A stretch of 64,000 nt of DNA from a virus (IMGVR_UViG_3300034407_003683:20867-84866); one strand, 5' to 3'; numbered from the stretch's first letter, positions 1 through 11,088 are shown. Made by a program: numbers and translations. Notes: generated by a model not told the origin, from the sequence alone.

Positions 1-1790
1 TTGGTTGTGTATGATCCACCACCGCCGCCACCGTTAGTTCCAGCTGCTCCTCCCGAACCTCCGGCAGTTCCGCCATTGCCGCCACTAGATACATTCCAAC
101 TATTATTCGGTGCATATCCGCCAGCACCTCCTCCACCACCGCCAGGAGCCCTAGGATATCCATTTAGGGTTCCGTATGTTGTGCTACTAGCACCGCCACC
201 ACTACCACCGCGACAAGATCCATGAGGAGATGATGAGCCATATGTATATCCATAACCACCAGCGGCAGTACTACCATTATAATGACCACCGCCGCCACCG
301 GTGCATCTCATAAGATATGAACCTCCACTGCTGCTCCATCTAAAGGCAGATTCGATTCCAGTGTATCCTGGCGATCCACCGGATATCGGACCAGTTTGTC
401 CAGCTTGAAACCAGATCACATTTCCAGGATTTACATTAAATGTACCATATGCCGAACCACCGCCGCCACCGCCGCCGGCTCCATATGTGGTGTGACCAGC
501 TGGTGGACTTCCAGAACCACCTCCACCAGCAACACCAAATATAGAAAGTTTATATACATTAGCTGGTACAGTCCATGTTCCTGAAAGTGTGCTTCCTTGT
601 GCTTGAACAAGGTATGTTCCGCTAGGTGGCGTCAACGAAGTGTCATTAATAGTTACAAAATTATTTGAAGTATTGCTAACTAAAGTTGTTCCAGAGCTAT
701 TAGCAATTCTAGTGAGTCTAAAATAAAAGTTTTCATTACCTTCTGTCAAAGAATCAGATGCGGCTGTATATGTTGGTGAAGTACCACTATTATTATTAAT
801 GGTAACATATCCCTCTTCAGTCTGATAACTTGCACTCAATGATGGAGATGAAATATCAGACTGTGATACACCAGTAATTCTGTAATATGCTCTAGAATTA
901 TTAGGGACATTTGTAGTTGTTATTGTAAAATTAAATGTACCGCCTTCGTTCACAGAAGCAGTTGATCTGCTTACACTAGCACCAATGGTGAGACTAGTAT
1001 CGTTGATTGTAACAGTTGAAGTATTACCTGCCAATGTATTATACGGTTCATTGAGGGTGAGTGTAATATATTCCACACCTTCTGTTAGATAATCATTGGT
1101 AACAGTAATAGGTAGTGAACCAAGTCCACCACTATTTAATATAATATTTCCTGTTAATTGTTGATTAATATCAGCACCATTAACTCCAGTAATTTGATAT
1201 CCTACTGCAGTGCCACTGGCCAATCCTGTGCTTTGAATATTATATGTAAATGAACCCCCCTCATTGACTGTGGAAGCTGTAGAAGATAAGGTCATAGTTT
1301 GTAATGTAAGTTCGATATCTGCACTATCAATTGAAGTATTAATTCCATCTGAAGCTGAACCAAATACTTTAAAATTATATGCACCACCCGATGCTGTAGT
1401 CGTAAGAGTAAGAACAGAAGAATCTGCAGCATAATCAATTGCACTATCTACAATATTACTTGGATAGAATGAGTATGAATATGTGAGAGGTATACCTTCT
1501 GGATCAGATGCTGTCAATCTAAGAATAGTTGATTCACCACCAGCACTATCCATAATATATGACGATGAATCGAAAGAAGCAGACGGTGCTGTATTGAGTA
1601 AAGCAATAGTTCCCCAACCAGATCCATTCCAAAGATATAATTTATTGTTACCTGTTACATATGCCTTTGTTCCAATAGTGACATTGGTAAGAGGTAACTG
1701 TGCTTGAGTAGCATAAACAACGGTTTCTTTATCTCTAACACCATCATCTTCTGCTGCACCAACTTTAAAATTTGAATAACTATTCGTCAA
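1..1790 (-). CDS. Virion/tail-fibre accessory protein, truncated by the left window edge. N-terminal module shared with 1800..3440, cadherin/Calx-beta-like Ig repeats, and a C-terminal glycine-rich domain
   Basis: Not in the ORF track because it has no stop inside the window. Hand translation from TTG at 1790, preceded by AGGA: MTNSYSNFKVGAAEDDGVRDKETVVYATQAQLPLTNVTIGTKAYVTGNNKLYLWNGSGWGTIALLNTAP...LTASDPEGIPLTYSY. Repeated NEGGxFxFxIxT...LTEG motifs follow, and the frame is still open at base 1 (GGGGGGSYTT). Confidence 0.85.
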   Translation of the reverse strand, partial: MTNSYSNFKVGAAEDDGVRDKETVVYATQAQLPLTNVTIGTKAYVTGNNKLYLWNGSGWGTIALLNTAPSASFDSSSYIMDSAGGESTILRLTASDPEGIPLTYSYSFYPSNIVDSAIDYAADSSVLTLTTTASGGAYNFKVFGSASDGINTSIDSADIELTLQTMTLSSTASTVNEGGSFTYNIQSTGLASGTAVGYQITGVNGADINQQLTGNIILNSGGLGSLPITVTNDYLTEGVEYITLTLNEPYNTLAGNTSTVTINDTSLTIGASVSRSTASVNEGGTFNFTITTTNVPNNSRAYYRITGVSQSDISSPSLSASYQTEEGYVTINNNSGTSPTYTAASDSLTEGNENFYFRLTRIANSSGTTLVSNTSNNFVTINDTSLTPPSGTYLVQAQGSTLSGTWTVPANVYKLSIFGVAGGGGSGSPPAGHTTYGAGGGGGGGSAYGTFNVNPGNVIWFQAGQTGPISGGSPGYTGIESAFRWSSSGGSYLMRCTGGGGGHYNGSTAAGGYGYTYGSSSPHGSCRGGSGGGASSTTYGTLNGYPRAPGGGGGGAGGYAPNNSWNVSSGGNGGTAGGSGGAAGTNGGGGGGSYTT

Positions 1791-1799
1791 TGTTATTTC

Positions 1800-3440
1800 C
1801 TAACTTCCAACATTATATGCAAACATTAAACCTGCGTTAGGAACTGTGTTACCAGGACCATCTTCACGTGGCGCCCCAACTGCTATCCAATTTCCATCTT
1901 GAGAAATGTGCGTGCTCCATTCTCCATAGTAATCACCACTAGCAATACCAGTTGGTGTTAATGTTTTCACAAGAGTCCAAGTTCCGCCAACATCTTGATA
2001 AACATATGTGGCTTCGTCCTTAGCACTAATGGCAATAACATCACCATTACGACTAACAGAAACTCCTCTAAAATCTCCTGCCCCAGGTTTGTTTATTTGT
2101 TGTTGTTGAGTCCAAGTTGATCCAGATCTTGTAAAAATATATACTGATGTAGATGAATTACCTGTAGCAGCCATTAAATCCCCAGCACCATTCATTGATA
2201 TTTGAAGTCCAAAAAGATCGCTTGCAACTGTATCGGATCCTGAAATTGCTTGTTGTTGAGTCCAAGTAGATCCAGATCTGGTAAATGTGTATACCTTACC
2301 ACCATTTTCTTCATAAGGCGCTGCAGCGGCAATTAGATCACCCGTAGAATTAATTCTTACCATAAACCCTACTTGATCACCAGCAGGAGTACCAGTAACA
2401 GTAGCAGTAATAGCCTGCTGTTGTGTCCAAGTTGATCCTGAACGAGTAAATACAAATATATTACCAGCATCAGCACCTAAAGTATCGTCTAATCTTTTCC
2501 CTGCAACTAAATATGTTGCATCAGCATTTAAATCAACTCCAGATCCAAATCTGTCGTTCGATGCTTGATCATTATCTTGAATCTTTGCTTGTTGAGTCCA
2601 AGTGTTACCTGACCTAGTATAGACGCGGACAGATCCTTCATAGACCCCAGTAGCGCCAGTCTCTCTTGGCACACCCACTGCAAAATAACTAAAGTCGTCT
2701 GTAGAACTCACATTGTTGTAAATGCCATAGTATGAGGCAGTGCCTGAATATAAAGTTGGTTGAATTCTTTGCACAGATGTCCAAGTGCTACCGCTACGAG
2801 TCCAATAGTGAACACCATATTCAAGACCAGCTGCTATCATTTGAGTTCCATCTGAGTTAAGTCTTATGCCATAACCTAGATTAGCAGAATTTACTAATGG
2901 ATCACTAACTGCAGTTGTTTCTGTTGGTGTGCCGACAGACCAATCAGGGCCAAATGTCAAAGTAAATGTAGAGATCTCTGACGCAATATTAACACCATCG
3001 GTTGCTTTAAATGTTAGAGTACCAGTTGATGTGGTTGCATTTGCTTCAGACTTTGGTGTGATCGTAAAGACCGAACTATCTTGTGATACAGTAGCCAATC
3101 CATTAAAGTCTGAATCAGCAACGACAGAATATGTAACAGCAAATCCTTCTGGGTCTGTAGCAAGAAGAGAGATAACAGTTGTTGTTACTCCGTCAGATGC
3201 GAGTGTATATGAAGCATCTGGACCAGTAGAGAATGTTGGAGTTGTATTAATAATTGCAATATTATACCATCCAGCACCAGACCAAAGATACAGTCTATTT
3301 GTTGCAATCACAAATGCTTGATCACCTGCTTCATTACCAGATAGAGGAAGATCGCCGATGACATCATAAGTAGTGGTGCCGCCTAAAATACCAACTTGAT
3401 TTGCAACCTCACCTCTTATTGAACTTAAAACATTTGTCAT
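1800..3440 (-). CDS. Virion protein with FG-GAP-like beta-propeller repeats (putative receptor-binding or tail accessory protein)
   Basis: About six copies of (F/Y/W)TRSG(S/N)TWTQQ-type repeats, with FG-GAP motifs (DRFGSGVDL, DLFGLQISM, IAVGAPRED). The N-terminal cadherin-like ATDPEG module is paralogous to the adjacent gene. Confidence 0.8.
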   Translation of the reverse strand: MTNVLSSIRGEVANQVGILGGTTTYDVIGDLPLSGNEAGDQAFVIATNRLYLWSGAGWYNIAIINTTPTFSTGPDASYTLASDGVTTTVISLLATDPEGFAVTYSVVADSDFNGLATVSQDSSVFTITPKSEANATTSTGTLTFKATDGVNIASEISTFTLTFGPDWSVGTPTETTAVSDPLVNSANLGYGIRLNSDGTQMIAAGLEYGVHYWTRSGSTWTSVQRIQPTLYSGTASYYGIYNNVSSTDDFSYFAVGVPRETGATGVYEGSVRVYTRSGNTWTQQAKIQDNDQASNDRFGSGVDLNADATYLVAGKRLDDTLGADAGNIFVFTRSGSTWTQQQAITATVTGTPAGDQVGFMVRINSTGDLIAAAAPYEENGGKVYTFTRSGSTWTQQQAISGSDTVASDLFGLQISMNGAGDLMAATGNSSTSVYIFTRSGSTWTQQQQINKPGAGDFRGVSVSRNGDVIAISAKDEATYVYQDVGGTWTLVKTLTPTGIASGDYYGEWSTHISQDGNWIAVGAPREDGPGNTVPNAGLMFAYNVGS

Positions 3441-3441
3441 A

Positions 3442-6327
3442 TTATTTCTCTGTTAGTAACCAGCCTTGGGCTACATTATAGTATACCAACCCAATTGCTG
3501 CTCTGTTAATATCAATAATAAAGTCTGAATCAGCCGCTTGAATCTTATGCCCATTTCTTGCCACTGTAATATTATTTGTTGCAGCATTGCCAGTTGCATC
3601 AATAATTCTAATTTCATCACCAATTAATGCAAGTGAAGGTAGAGTTACAGTTTTAGCAGATGTTGTTTCAATAAAGAGTTTATCTCCCGCAACTGCTGGA
3701 TAATTCGGCATTATTTGCGGCGAAGACCAAGTGTTAACTCTTCTAGTTGAAGTGCCTAAATCAAACGAATTGATTATAATATCATCATTCAAATTTGCTG
3801 CAGTAGCAAGAGTGATGGTATTACCATTCGTTGCAGTATAATCGCTATCCGTAAGAAGAATACCATTAAGGAATACTTGACTGTTTGTTATTTCGTATGC
3901 AAGATAGTTATTATTAAGATCTACACCAGAGAATGATAATTGACCAGAATCAGCAGTATATCTAAATTGATTTAAATAAGTTCCTGGTGCAGCAAAGGTA
4001 TTAATAACAACATCATCTGCAGAGTCTAGTGGATTTGAGAATACTATGCTTGATCCATTTGTAGCAGTAAAGTCAATATCACCTCTGAGTAAAATACCAT
4101 TCAAGAACACTTGAACCTGGCCATTCACATAGGTAAGTGTTGCACCACCATCATCGGCACCAGTAATAGAAGATTGCCCAGAATCAGCGGTATAGTGATA
4201 ATTTGTTAATGTAGGTGTTAGGATTTGACCACGAGTATTTAAGATTGTTACTAGGTCACCAGAATCCGTTGCACTTGTAAGAGTAACGGTAGAAGATGTG
4301 GTGCTATAATCATCACTATCTTTTAGAAGAATACCATTAAGAAATAGATTTGTAATACCTAGACTAATATCCAGAGTAAGGTTATTATCATCTGCACCAC
4401 TCAGGACAGTTGTAGGCGTTGCTGTTGTATAATAATATTTTGTTTCTATAACTGAATTTTGTGTGGCAACTCTACCGATGGTCTCAATAACACTAACAGA
4501 ATATCCTGAATCAGCACCAGAAGTCAAAGTAAGAGTATTGCTGCTAAGGGAATAGTCTGCACTATCTACAAGTACGATACCATTCAAATATACTATTGAA
4601 TTAGAAGGTAATACACTCAGAGTGTTACCGAATATATCTGCACCAGTAAATACTGTTTGAGCCGCAGTTGCAGTATAGTAAAACTTGTTAATATCAAGTT
4701 CACCACGAGCATTTACGGTTTGTCTTTCTAGTACATAATCAGAATCAATAATAACTTTAATTGCAGCACTATCCAATAACGGCGGTGCATATTCTTGGAT
4801 GGTAATTCTATCTTGTGAATCTGCAGCCTGCAAAAGTGTGATTGTAGTACCACTTGTTCTGGTATAATCATCAGAATCAATGAGTAGTGTACCATTTAAG
4901 AATACAAGAGTATTATCAAAGGCAGTATTAATACTTAAAGTTGCGTTATTATCATCAGCACCAGTAAATACGGACTGACCTGAAGTTGCAATATATTGGT
5001 ATGTTGATACCGAAATACCAGCTGAAGGATTCGCGTATGATCTTTCGCGAACATATGCAGAATCAACTAATTGAGTTATAAGAGCAGAATCTAAGTAGTG
5101 AGTCTGATGTTCCTGAACATATGCAGAATCAATAATGCTTCTGGCAATATCTGCATTGAGATCGTTAACGATACTAATCGTGTCTGTATTTGGATCTGTC
5201 GTAATGGAAATTCCAGCACCTGCCTCAAATATCAGTATATCTGATGCACTATCTGCAACAACATTATCTTGACCGCTAACGTGAATTGTACTAAAAGCAT
5301 TGCCGCCGCCGCCAGATGTTTGTCTAGCTTGGACATAAGCACTATCTACCGTTTCACCAATAATTGTAACAACAGTGGCAGAATCGGTACCACCTTCAGC
5401 CTGTGAAATTGTGATTGTTTTAGTTGTACCTGATCCACTAGCAGTTACTGCAGAACCAACAAAATTCAATGTAGTTGCTGCAGTTGAGAGTGGTGTGCCT
5501 TCTTCCTGAATTGTAATTTCACCACCAGATTGTCTTGCCTGAACGTATGCACTATCAATAAGGGATAGTGTATCGGCAGAATCATAATCTGTCTTAGTGC
5601 CAATTAGAGTAACTAATGTTGCATATGCACTATCGTCATCATTAAGTGCTGCAGCAATTTCATTTAATGTGTTTAGTGTTCCAGGAGCACCATCAATGAG
5701 TGCATCAATCTGTGCCGTAACATAAGCACTATCTGTAAAATTAGATGTATTATATTTTATCTGGTTCGCTTGAATATATGTTGCATCAACGATACCAGTT
5801 ACGAAAGCAGAATCAACCGAAAGATCTGTTTCATCTAGAATAATAATATCGCCGACCATACCAGAATGTATAGTACATTGATAGACCAATGATGTTGGTG
5901 CATTCATAGGTACTGTAAATTCAACAGTACCAGAACCACCATTGTTTGTTACACCATCACTATATGCTGAACCACCATCCGACACTCTAATTTCGAGTGG
6001 ATGTGATCCAGGAACATTGGTAAATTTATATGTTTTACCACGTGTTAGATATATTTTAGGATCTGTTGCAGATGAAGGAAAACCATCACCAGTAAATATA
6101 TAATTAGATCCATCACCAGAAAGTGAGAAAATAGTTTCGGCAGGTCTTCTTAGTTCAATATAAGCAGAATCAATTAATTGAGTTATAAGAGCAGAATCTA
6201 GAATATTACTTCCAGTTACTATTCCAGTACTGATTATATTTCCAGTAACTGTTAGTGTGTTACCAAAAGTTCCTGAGTCATTGACTACTAGACCGTTTTT
6301 TACTTTAAAGTCATGATGCTGAGCCAT
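3442..6327 (-). CDS. DS-rich virion structural/fibre protein with a cupredoxin-like domain and a C-terminal phage fibre domain
   Basis: Contains HPL...YQCTIHSGMVG, IDSAYVQARQ repeats and about six YxATxGQTxFxG...VxLNGxLL...DY Ig-like repeats. C-terminus TVTLP...GDEIRIID...NNITVARNG...QGWLLTEK is typical of marine T4-like fibres. Confidence 0.8.
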   Translation of the reverse strand: MAQHHDFKVKNGLVVNDSGTFGNTLTVTGNIISTGIVTGSNILDSALITQLIDSAYIELRRPAETIFSLSGDGSNYIFTGDGFPSSATDPKIYLTRGKTYKFTNVPGSHPLEIRVSDGGSAYSDGVTNNGGSGTVEFTVPMNAPTSLVYQCTIHSGMVGDIIILDETDLSVDSAFVTGIVDATYIQANQIKYNTSNFTDSAYVTAQIDALIDGAPGTLNTLNEIAAALNDDDSAYATLVTLIGTKTDYDSADTLSLIDSAYVQARQSGGEITIQEEGTPLSTAATTLNFVGSAVTASGSGTTKTITISQAEGGTDSATVVTIIGETVDSAYVQARQTSGGGGNAFSTIHVSGQDNVVADSASDILIFEAGAGISITTDPNTDTISIVNDLNADIARSIIDSAYVQEHQTHYLDSALITQLVDSAYVRERSYANPSAGISVSTYQYIATSGQSVFTGADDNNATLSINTAFDNTLVFLNGTLLIDSDDYTRTSGTTITLLQAADSQDRITIQEYAPPLLDSAAIKVIIDSDYVLERQTVNARGELDINKFYYTATAAQTVFTGADIFGNTLSVLPSNSIVYLNGIVLVDSADYSLSSNTLTLTSGADSGYSVSVIETIGRVATQNSVIETKYYYTTATPTTVLSGADDNNLTLDISLGITNLFLNGILLKDSDDYSTTSSTVTLTSATDSGDLVTILNTRGQILTPTLTNYHYTADSGQSSITGADDGGATLTYVNGQVQVFLNGILLRGDIDFTATNGSSIVFSNPLDSADDVVINTFAAPGTYLNQFRYTADSGQLSFSGVDLNNNYLAYEITNSQVFLNGILLTDSDYTATNGNTITLATAANLNDDIIINSFDLGTSTRRVNTWSSPQIMPNYPAVAGDKLFIETTSAKTVTLPSLALIGDEIRIIDATGNAATNNITVARNGHKIQAADSDFIIDINRAAIGLVYYNVAQGWLLTEK

Positions 6328-6358
6328 CGATTTCCCTATCCGTCGATGTTATTAATTT

Positions 6359-6366
6359 TATTTATA
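6359..6366 (-). promoter_or_regulatory. T4-type late promoter TATAAATA (overlaps the stop codon of the upstream gene)
   Basis: Exact TATAAATA on the minus strand, 32 nt upstream of the 6327 start. The gp33 late co-activator is encoded in this window. Confidence 0.75.
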
Positions 6367-9300
6367 CATCTACATTAATGCGTGTGATATTTATATTTGT
6401 GTTGGTATTTACTGGTGATACTAGCAGTCTCACATTACCGGCATTTATATCCCCATCAATGGTTCCTAGTGAGGCATTAGTAATAATATCTGCATATGTT
6501 GTCATATAAACAGTTGATCCATCATGTACCAATAGAATTTCACTAGAGTGATAACCACTAGTGTGTGACATTTGTACAATATATTTTGCTGTCCTATATG
6601 TTGCCGCAGCAAATGTATCTACTACTTGATCTACAGTTGTTGTTGTAAGGTTTGTTGCAGTTTGATCAATATACTCATTAACAATAGAAACAACGGTTGC
6701 TGAATCTGTACCACCACCACCAGAACCAAAGCCCAGAGCAGAAATATATGCAGAATCAATTAGATTTCTTACTTCGCCTGAGTCAAGTCCGATATTATTA
6801 CCACTGAGTTTTGCAACTGTGAGATGGTTACCAGAATCTGCTGCAGTATCAAGTGTTACAGTATTTCCACCAGACAAAGTATAATCTGTAGATGTTAATA
6901 GAATACCATTGAGGTAGACAACAACTTTATCATTGCTAAAGTCCAGAGTTGCAGAATTATCATCAACACCAGTAAATACTGTTTGACCAGAGTCTGCAGT
7001 ATATTCGTAAAGAGTCTGTGATAATGGAGCAAATGAACCAGTATTACCAGTCAGTGTTTGAATATTAACAATATGACCAGCAGTTACACCCGATGTAAAT
7101 GTAACTGTATCGCCTGTAACATTTTGTGTATAATCTGCAGAATCAATAAGAAGCAGACCATTGAGATATACATTCACTCTACCTTGTGTATAACTTAGAG
7201 TTGCGGCATTATCATCAGCACCAGTAAAGATCGTTTGACCAGAAGTAGCAGTGTAGATATAATGTCTCTGTTGAATTGCAGTGGCACCAGTATCATTACC
7301 AGAGAACTTTATAACATTTAGAATATCACCACTGTCTGCAGCAACTACCAGATCAACCTTAGTAGAATTAAAGGTATAATCTGATGCTGCAAGTAGTGAA
7401 CCGTTTAAGTAAGTTTGGAATTTACCAGAATCAATATCCAGTCCAGTAAATGATGATTGACCAGCCGTTGCAGTAAATTCATATGAAACCTGAGTAAGCG
7501 GCGCGGCAACTTCATTTAATTGTCTTGCCTGTACATATGCACTATCAACATCTGCAAGAATAATAGTAGAAACAGTGGCTGAATCTGTACCGGCACCACC
7601 AACTAGTGATTGTCTTAGTTGGACATAAGCACTATCAACAGTAGAATTGATGATGGAGACAACGGTAGCCGAATCTGTACCGGCAGAAGTTCTAGCGGCA
7701 ATATAGGCAGAATCAATAATATTAGTTATAAATCCAGAATCTCTTTGGAGATCAATTTGTCTTGCCTGGACATAGGCCGAATCAATAAGAGCAATAATTG
7801 CACCAGAATCAACACCACCTAGTGAATTATGAATTGCTATAACATGAGAAGAATCTAGAACATTTGGAGTTCCAGTTAATGATGAATATGCATAATCTTG
7901 TAAAGCTTGAACAAATGTTGCATCAACATCAGCAGTAATAATACTAGACACATTAGCGGAATCTAAAACATTAGGTGCACCAGTAAGATTTGCATAATTG
8001 GTATAATAGGTACCTTGTTGACCATCAAGTGTATCTGCATTCACATTTAAGGCATTAACAAATGCTTGATTAACATCAGTACTTATAATACTGGATACAT
8101 TAATTGAGTCAAGTACATTTGGTGTACCGGTCAATGATGCATATGCATAATCTTGTCTAGCCTGAACATATGCTGCATTCACATCAGTTGTAATGATATT
8201 AGATACGTTTACAGAATCAAGTACATTTGGAGTATTCGTGGCATTTGTATAATCTAGATAATAAGCACCATGTTGACCATCCAATGTATCTGCATTCACA
8301 TTTAAAGCATTTACAAATGCCTGATCTACATCAGCAGTTATAACACTTGACACATTTGCAGAATCAAGTATGTTAGGTTTTCCAGTTAATGAAGCATATG
8401 CAAAGTCTTGTGGCGTTTGCCTTGCTTGAACATATGCTGCATCTACATGAGCAGTAACACGGGCGTTTGTATAATACTGATTTGAACCTTCGGTAAGATT
8501 ACTTGTAGTCTTTGTACCAAAGTCGGAATCAAATCCAAGATATTGACCAGTAAGAGTGCTTGCTTCGAATGGAGCCGGTGTGTATGATGCATGGGCAGTA
8601 TTCAGTTCTGCAGTATCAGGTTCTGGACTATATGCATTAAATACTTTCCATACACCATCAGTTGCATCTCTAAAGAATCCAGCATGTGTATATGTGCCAG
8701 TCTCATTAACATTACCAGCAAAACCGATATCAATATATTGTGTAGGAGATCCGGCAGACTCAAGGTCATTAAGATAGAATAAGTTTTCATCAACAGAGAA
8801 TGATGCAGTATTTGCAGTAAAAGTAGTTCCTTGAACTTGTAGGTTACCACCAATAACAACATTACCAGATACATCGATATTACCAAATTCTACAGAGTCC
8901 GTAGTTCCGACAGACTGACCAATCGAAATATCACCGGTGTGATTATTATAAATGACACCAGTTCCACCGGATAACCCCTTGCGCGCAATCGGTTGAATCC
9001 ATGCTGAATCAGTTCTATCAATAATCCTAGCCTGAACGTATGCAGAATCAACCGTATCTGTAATTGTGTTATTAATTGTAATTGTAACAGTATTTCCAGA
9101 ATCACTCAATGAAGCAGAAATATCTGAATCAACACGGGCTTTTAAATAATACTGATTGGTAGAACCTTCGGTAAGATCATCGGTAGTCTTAGCAGCAAAG
9201 TTTGTATTAATAACTGCTTGTGATGTATTTGAATCTAGGTAATTTGCATCGTTAGTAAATGCACTAACATTAGTTGGTGCACCAGTTAATGATGCATATG

Positions 9301-11044
9301 CAAAGTCCTGTGGTGTCTGATTTGACTGAACATAGGTTGCATCAATAACGCCAGTAACCGTATTTGAATCCAAATAATTTGCATCATTAGCAAATTGACT
9401 TACGTTAGTCGGTACACCTGTAAGTGAAGCATAGGCATAATCCTGCCTTGCTTGTACATGAGCACTGTCAATAATAGAAATAACTTCGGCTGAATCTGTA
9501 GACTGTGCAGTAGTGATATAACCAGCATCATTAGTAAACTGACTCACATTAGTTGGTGCACCAGTTAAGGATGCATAGGCATAATCTTGTCTTAATTGTA
9601 CATATGCAGAATCAACTGTAGATACATCTACAGAATTACCTGATAAATCTCTAAATGCAAGTTTACCATTACTATCGGTAAGTTTAATATTACCAATATA
9701 CAGAGATGATCCACTAAGATAAAGATCACGGAATCTATTTGAAAGTGTACCAAGATCATATGTGGCATCAGCGGCCGGAATAATATCTTGTGATAGATTT
9801 TGAAAATTACTATCAATAATATTTTGTGCTTCAACCGAATCGAGAGAATTAGCTCTTACAATTGCCGGAATATCAGGTGCACCGGTTAGAGATGCATATG
9901 CATAATCCTGTTTAGATTGAATATAGGCGGAATCAACATTAGAAAGAGTAATATATCCAGCATCATTACCAAATGCACTTAAAGTGGTTGGTGCTCCAGT
10001 TAATGATGCATATGCATAATCTTGTTTTAACTGTACATAGGCAGAATCAATAATTGATTCAACTGCAGAAGAATCCAAATATGCAGGTATATTTTGTCTA
10101 GCCTGCACATATGCAGAATCAACTTGTAGCAATGTATCTGCATTATGTCTAACGGTCGTATAATATTGATTAACACCTTCCGACAAATTATCTGTCGATT
10201 TGGTTGCCAACCTTGCATCAAAATCTGAATCAGCTCTAACAGTAGTATAATAAAGGTTATTGCCTTCAGCTATATCTGTAGTAGATTTAGTGGTAATTCT
10301 AACATCAAAATCTGAATCTGCCCTAGCAGTAGTATAATAAAGATTTGTAGTACCTTCGGGCAGTCCATCAGTAGTTGCATCAGCCAAATCTGAATCAAAA
10401 TTAGCCTTAGAATAAACTTGTTCCACATCAATACTAAATTGACCAGTGACAGAATCATATACTAAATCACCAGATGCACTAAAGTGTGCTCTAATTTCCG
10501 CAGCACTGGCACCTGTATATGTTATAATACCGGTATTTGGATCATATGATACACTACCATCACCACCAGTATTTGTGACAGAAATTGCATTCTTTGCATC
10601 ACTATCAGCACGTGCAGTGGTATAATATAAATTAGTAGAACCTTCAGATAGCTCATCCGTTGTTCTTGTAATAAAATCAGAATCAATAATGCCTTGGGCT
10701 TCGGCCGAATCAAGTGCATTTGCTCTTACAATTGATGGAATATCTGGAGTGCCAGTAAGTGATGCATAAGCATAATCTTGCCTTGCTTGTACATAGGCAG
10801 AGTCAATAAGAGTTATAATCTCTCCAGAATCAAGTTGTGCTAGTGCTGTGACTTCAACGGCATCTGCAATTGCTTGGACTCTGGCAGAATCAACAAAAGC
10901 TCTAATAGTATCCGAAGTATCTTTGTAGTAAAGTTTACCATCTTCGAAGTTAATGGCGAGTTCACCATATTGCAAATCACCGGCGGTAGGAATTTTGCCG
11001 GCAATGGAAGATCTTTTAAGGAGTACCTTTGGTGTAGTAGTCAT
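6362..11044 (-). CDS. Large DS-rich tail-fibre-like protein (1560 aa)
   Basis: N-terminal LKRSSIAGKIPTAGDLQYGELAIN fibre-attachment motif (Mtd_N-like). Repeats include DSAYVQARQDYAYASLTGxP, LxEGxTNLYYTTARADSD and ADTLDG. About 49 DS dipeptides by hand count. Confidence 0.85.
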   Translation of the reverse strand: MTTTPKVLLKRSSIAGKIPTAGDLQYGELAINFEDGKLYYKDTSDTIRAFVDSARVQAIADAVEVTALAQLDSGEIITLIDSAYVQARQDYAYASLTGTPDIPSIVRANALDSAEAQGIIDSDFITRTTDELSEGSTNLYYTTARADSDAKNAISVTNTGGDGSVSYDPNTGIITYTGASAAEIRAHFSASGDLVYDSVTGQFSIDVEQVYSKANFDSDLADATTDGLPEGTTNLYYTTARADSDFDVRITTKSTTDIAEGNNLYYTTVRADSDFDARLATKSTDNLSEGVNQYYTTVRHNADTLLQVDSAYVQARQNIPAYLDSSAVESIIDSAYVQLKQDYAYASLTGAPTTLSAFGNDAGYITLSNVDSAYIQSKQDYAYASLTGAPDIPAIVRANSLDSVEAQNIIDSNFQNLSQDIIPAADATYDLGTLSNRFRDLYLSGSSLYIGNIKLTDSNGKLAFRDLSGNSVDVSTVDSAYVQLRQDYAYASLTGAPTNVSQFTNDAGYITTAQSTDSAEVISIIDSAHVQARQDYAYASLTGVPTNVSQFANDANYLDSNTVTGVIDATYVQSNQTPQDFAYASLTGAPTNVSAFTNDANYLDSNTSQAVINTNFAAKTTDDLTEGSTNQYYLKARVDSDISASLSDSGNTVTITINNTITDTVDSAYVQARIIDRTDSAWIQPIARKGLSGGTGVIYNNHTGDISIGQSVGTTDSVEFGNIDVSGNVVIGGNLQVQGTTFTANTASFSVDENLFYLNDLESAGSPTQYIDIGFAGNVNETGTYTHAGFFRDATDGVWKVFNAYSPEPDTAELNTAHASYTPAPFEASTLTGQYLGFDSDFGTKTTSNLTEGSNQYYTNARVTAHVDAAYVQARQTPQDFAYASLTGKPNILDSANVSSVITADVDQAFVNALNVNADTLDGQHGAYYLDYTNATNTPNVLDSVNVSNIITTDVNAAYVQARQDYAYASLTGTPNVLDSINVSSIISTDVNQAFVNALNVNADTLDGQQGTYYTNYANLTGAPNVLDSANVSSIITADVDATFVQALQDYAYSSLTGTPNVLDSSHVIAIHNSLGGVDSGAIIALIDSAYVQARQIDLQRDSGFITNIIDSAYIAARTSAGTDSATVVSIINSTVDSAYVQLRQSLVGGAGTDSATVSTIILADVDSAYVQARQLNEVAAPLTQVSYEFTATAGQSSFTGLDIDSGKFQTYLNGSLLAASDYTFNSTKVDLVVAADSGDILNVIKFSGNDTGATAIQQRHYIYTATSGQTIFTGADDNAATLSYTQGRVNVYLNGLLLIDSADYTQNVTGDTVTFTSGVTAGHIVNIQTLTGNTGSFAPLSQTLYEYTADSGQTVFTGVDDNSATLDFSNDKVVVYLNGILLTSTDYTLSGGNTVTLDTAADSGNHLTVAKLSGNNIGLDSGEVRNLIDSAYISALGFGSGGGGTDSATVVSIVNEYIDQTATNLTTTTVDQVVDTFAAATYRTAKYIVQMSHTSGYHSSEILLVHDGSTVYMTTYADIITNASLGTIDGDINAGNVRLLVSPVNTNTNINITRINVDV

Positions 11045-11088
11045 TGTTGATTCCTAATAAGGATAAAATAAGATAAAAATCTTAGTGC

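Noticed and set aside
1-225. Proline-rich plus-strand ORF
   Set aside because: Antisense shadow of the poly-Gly codons of the real minus-strand gene (<1..1790).
6362-11044. Repeated gcatatgcataatc-like DNA units as a CRISPR array or DNA repeat element
   Set aside because: The units are in-frame protein repeats with synonymous variation and irregular spacing. There are no unique spacers and no cas genes.
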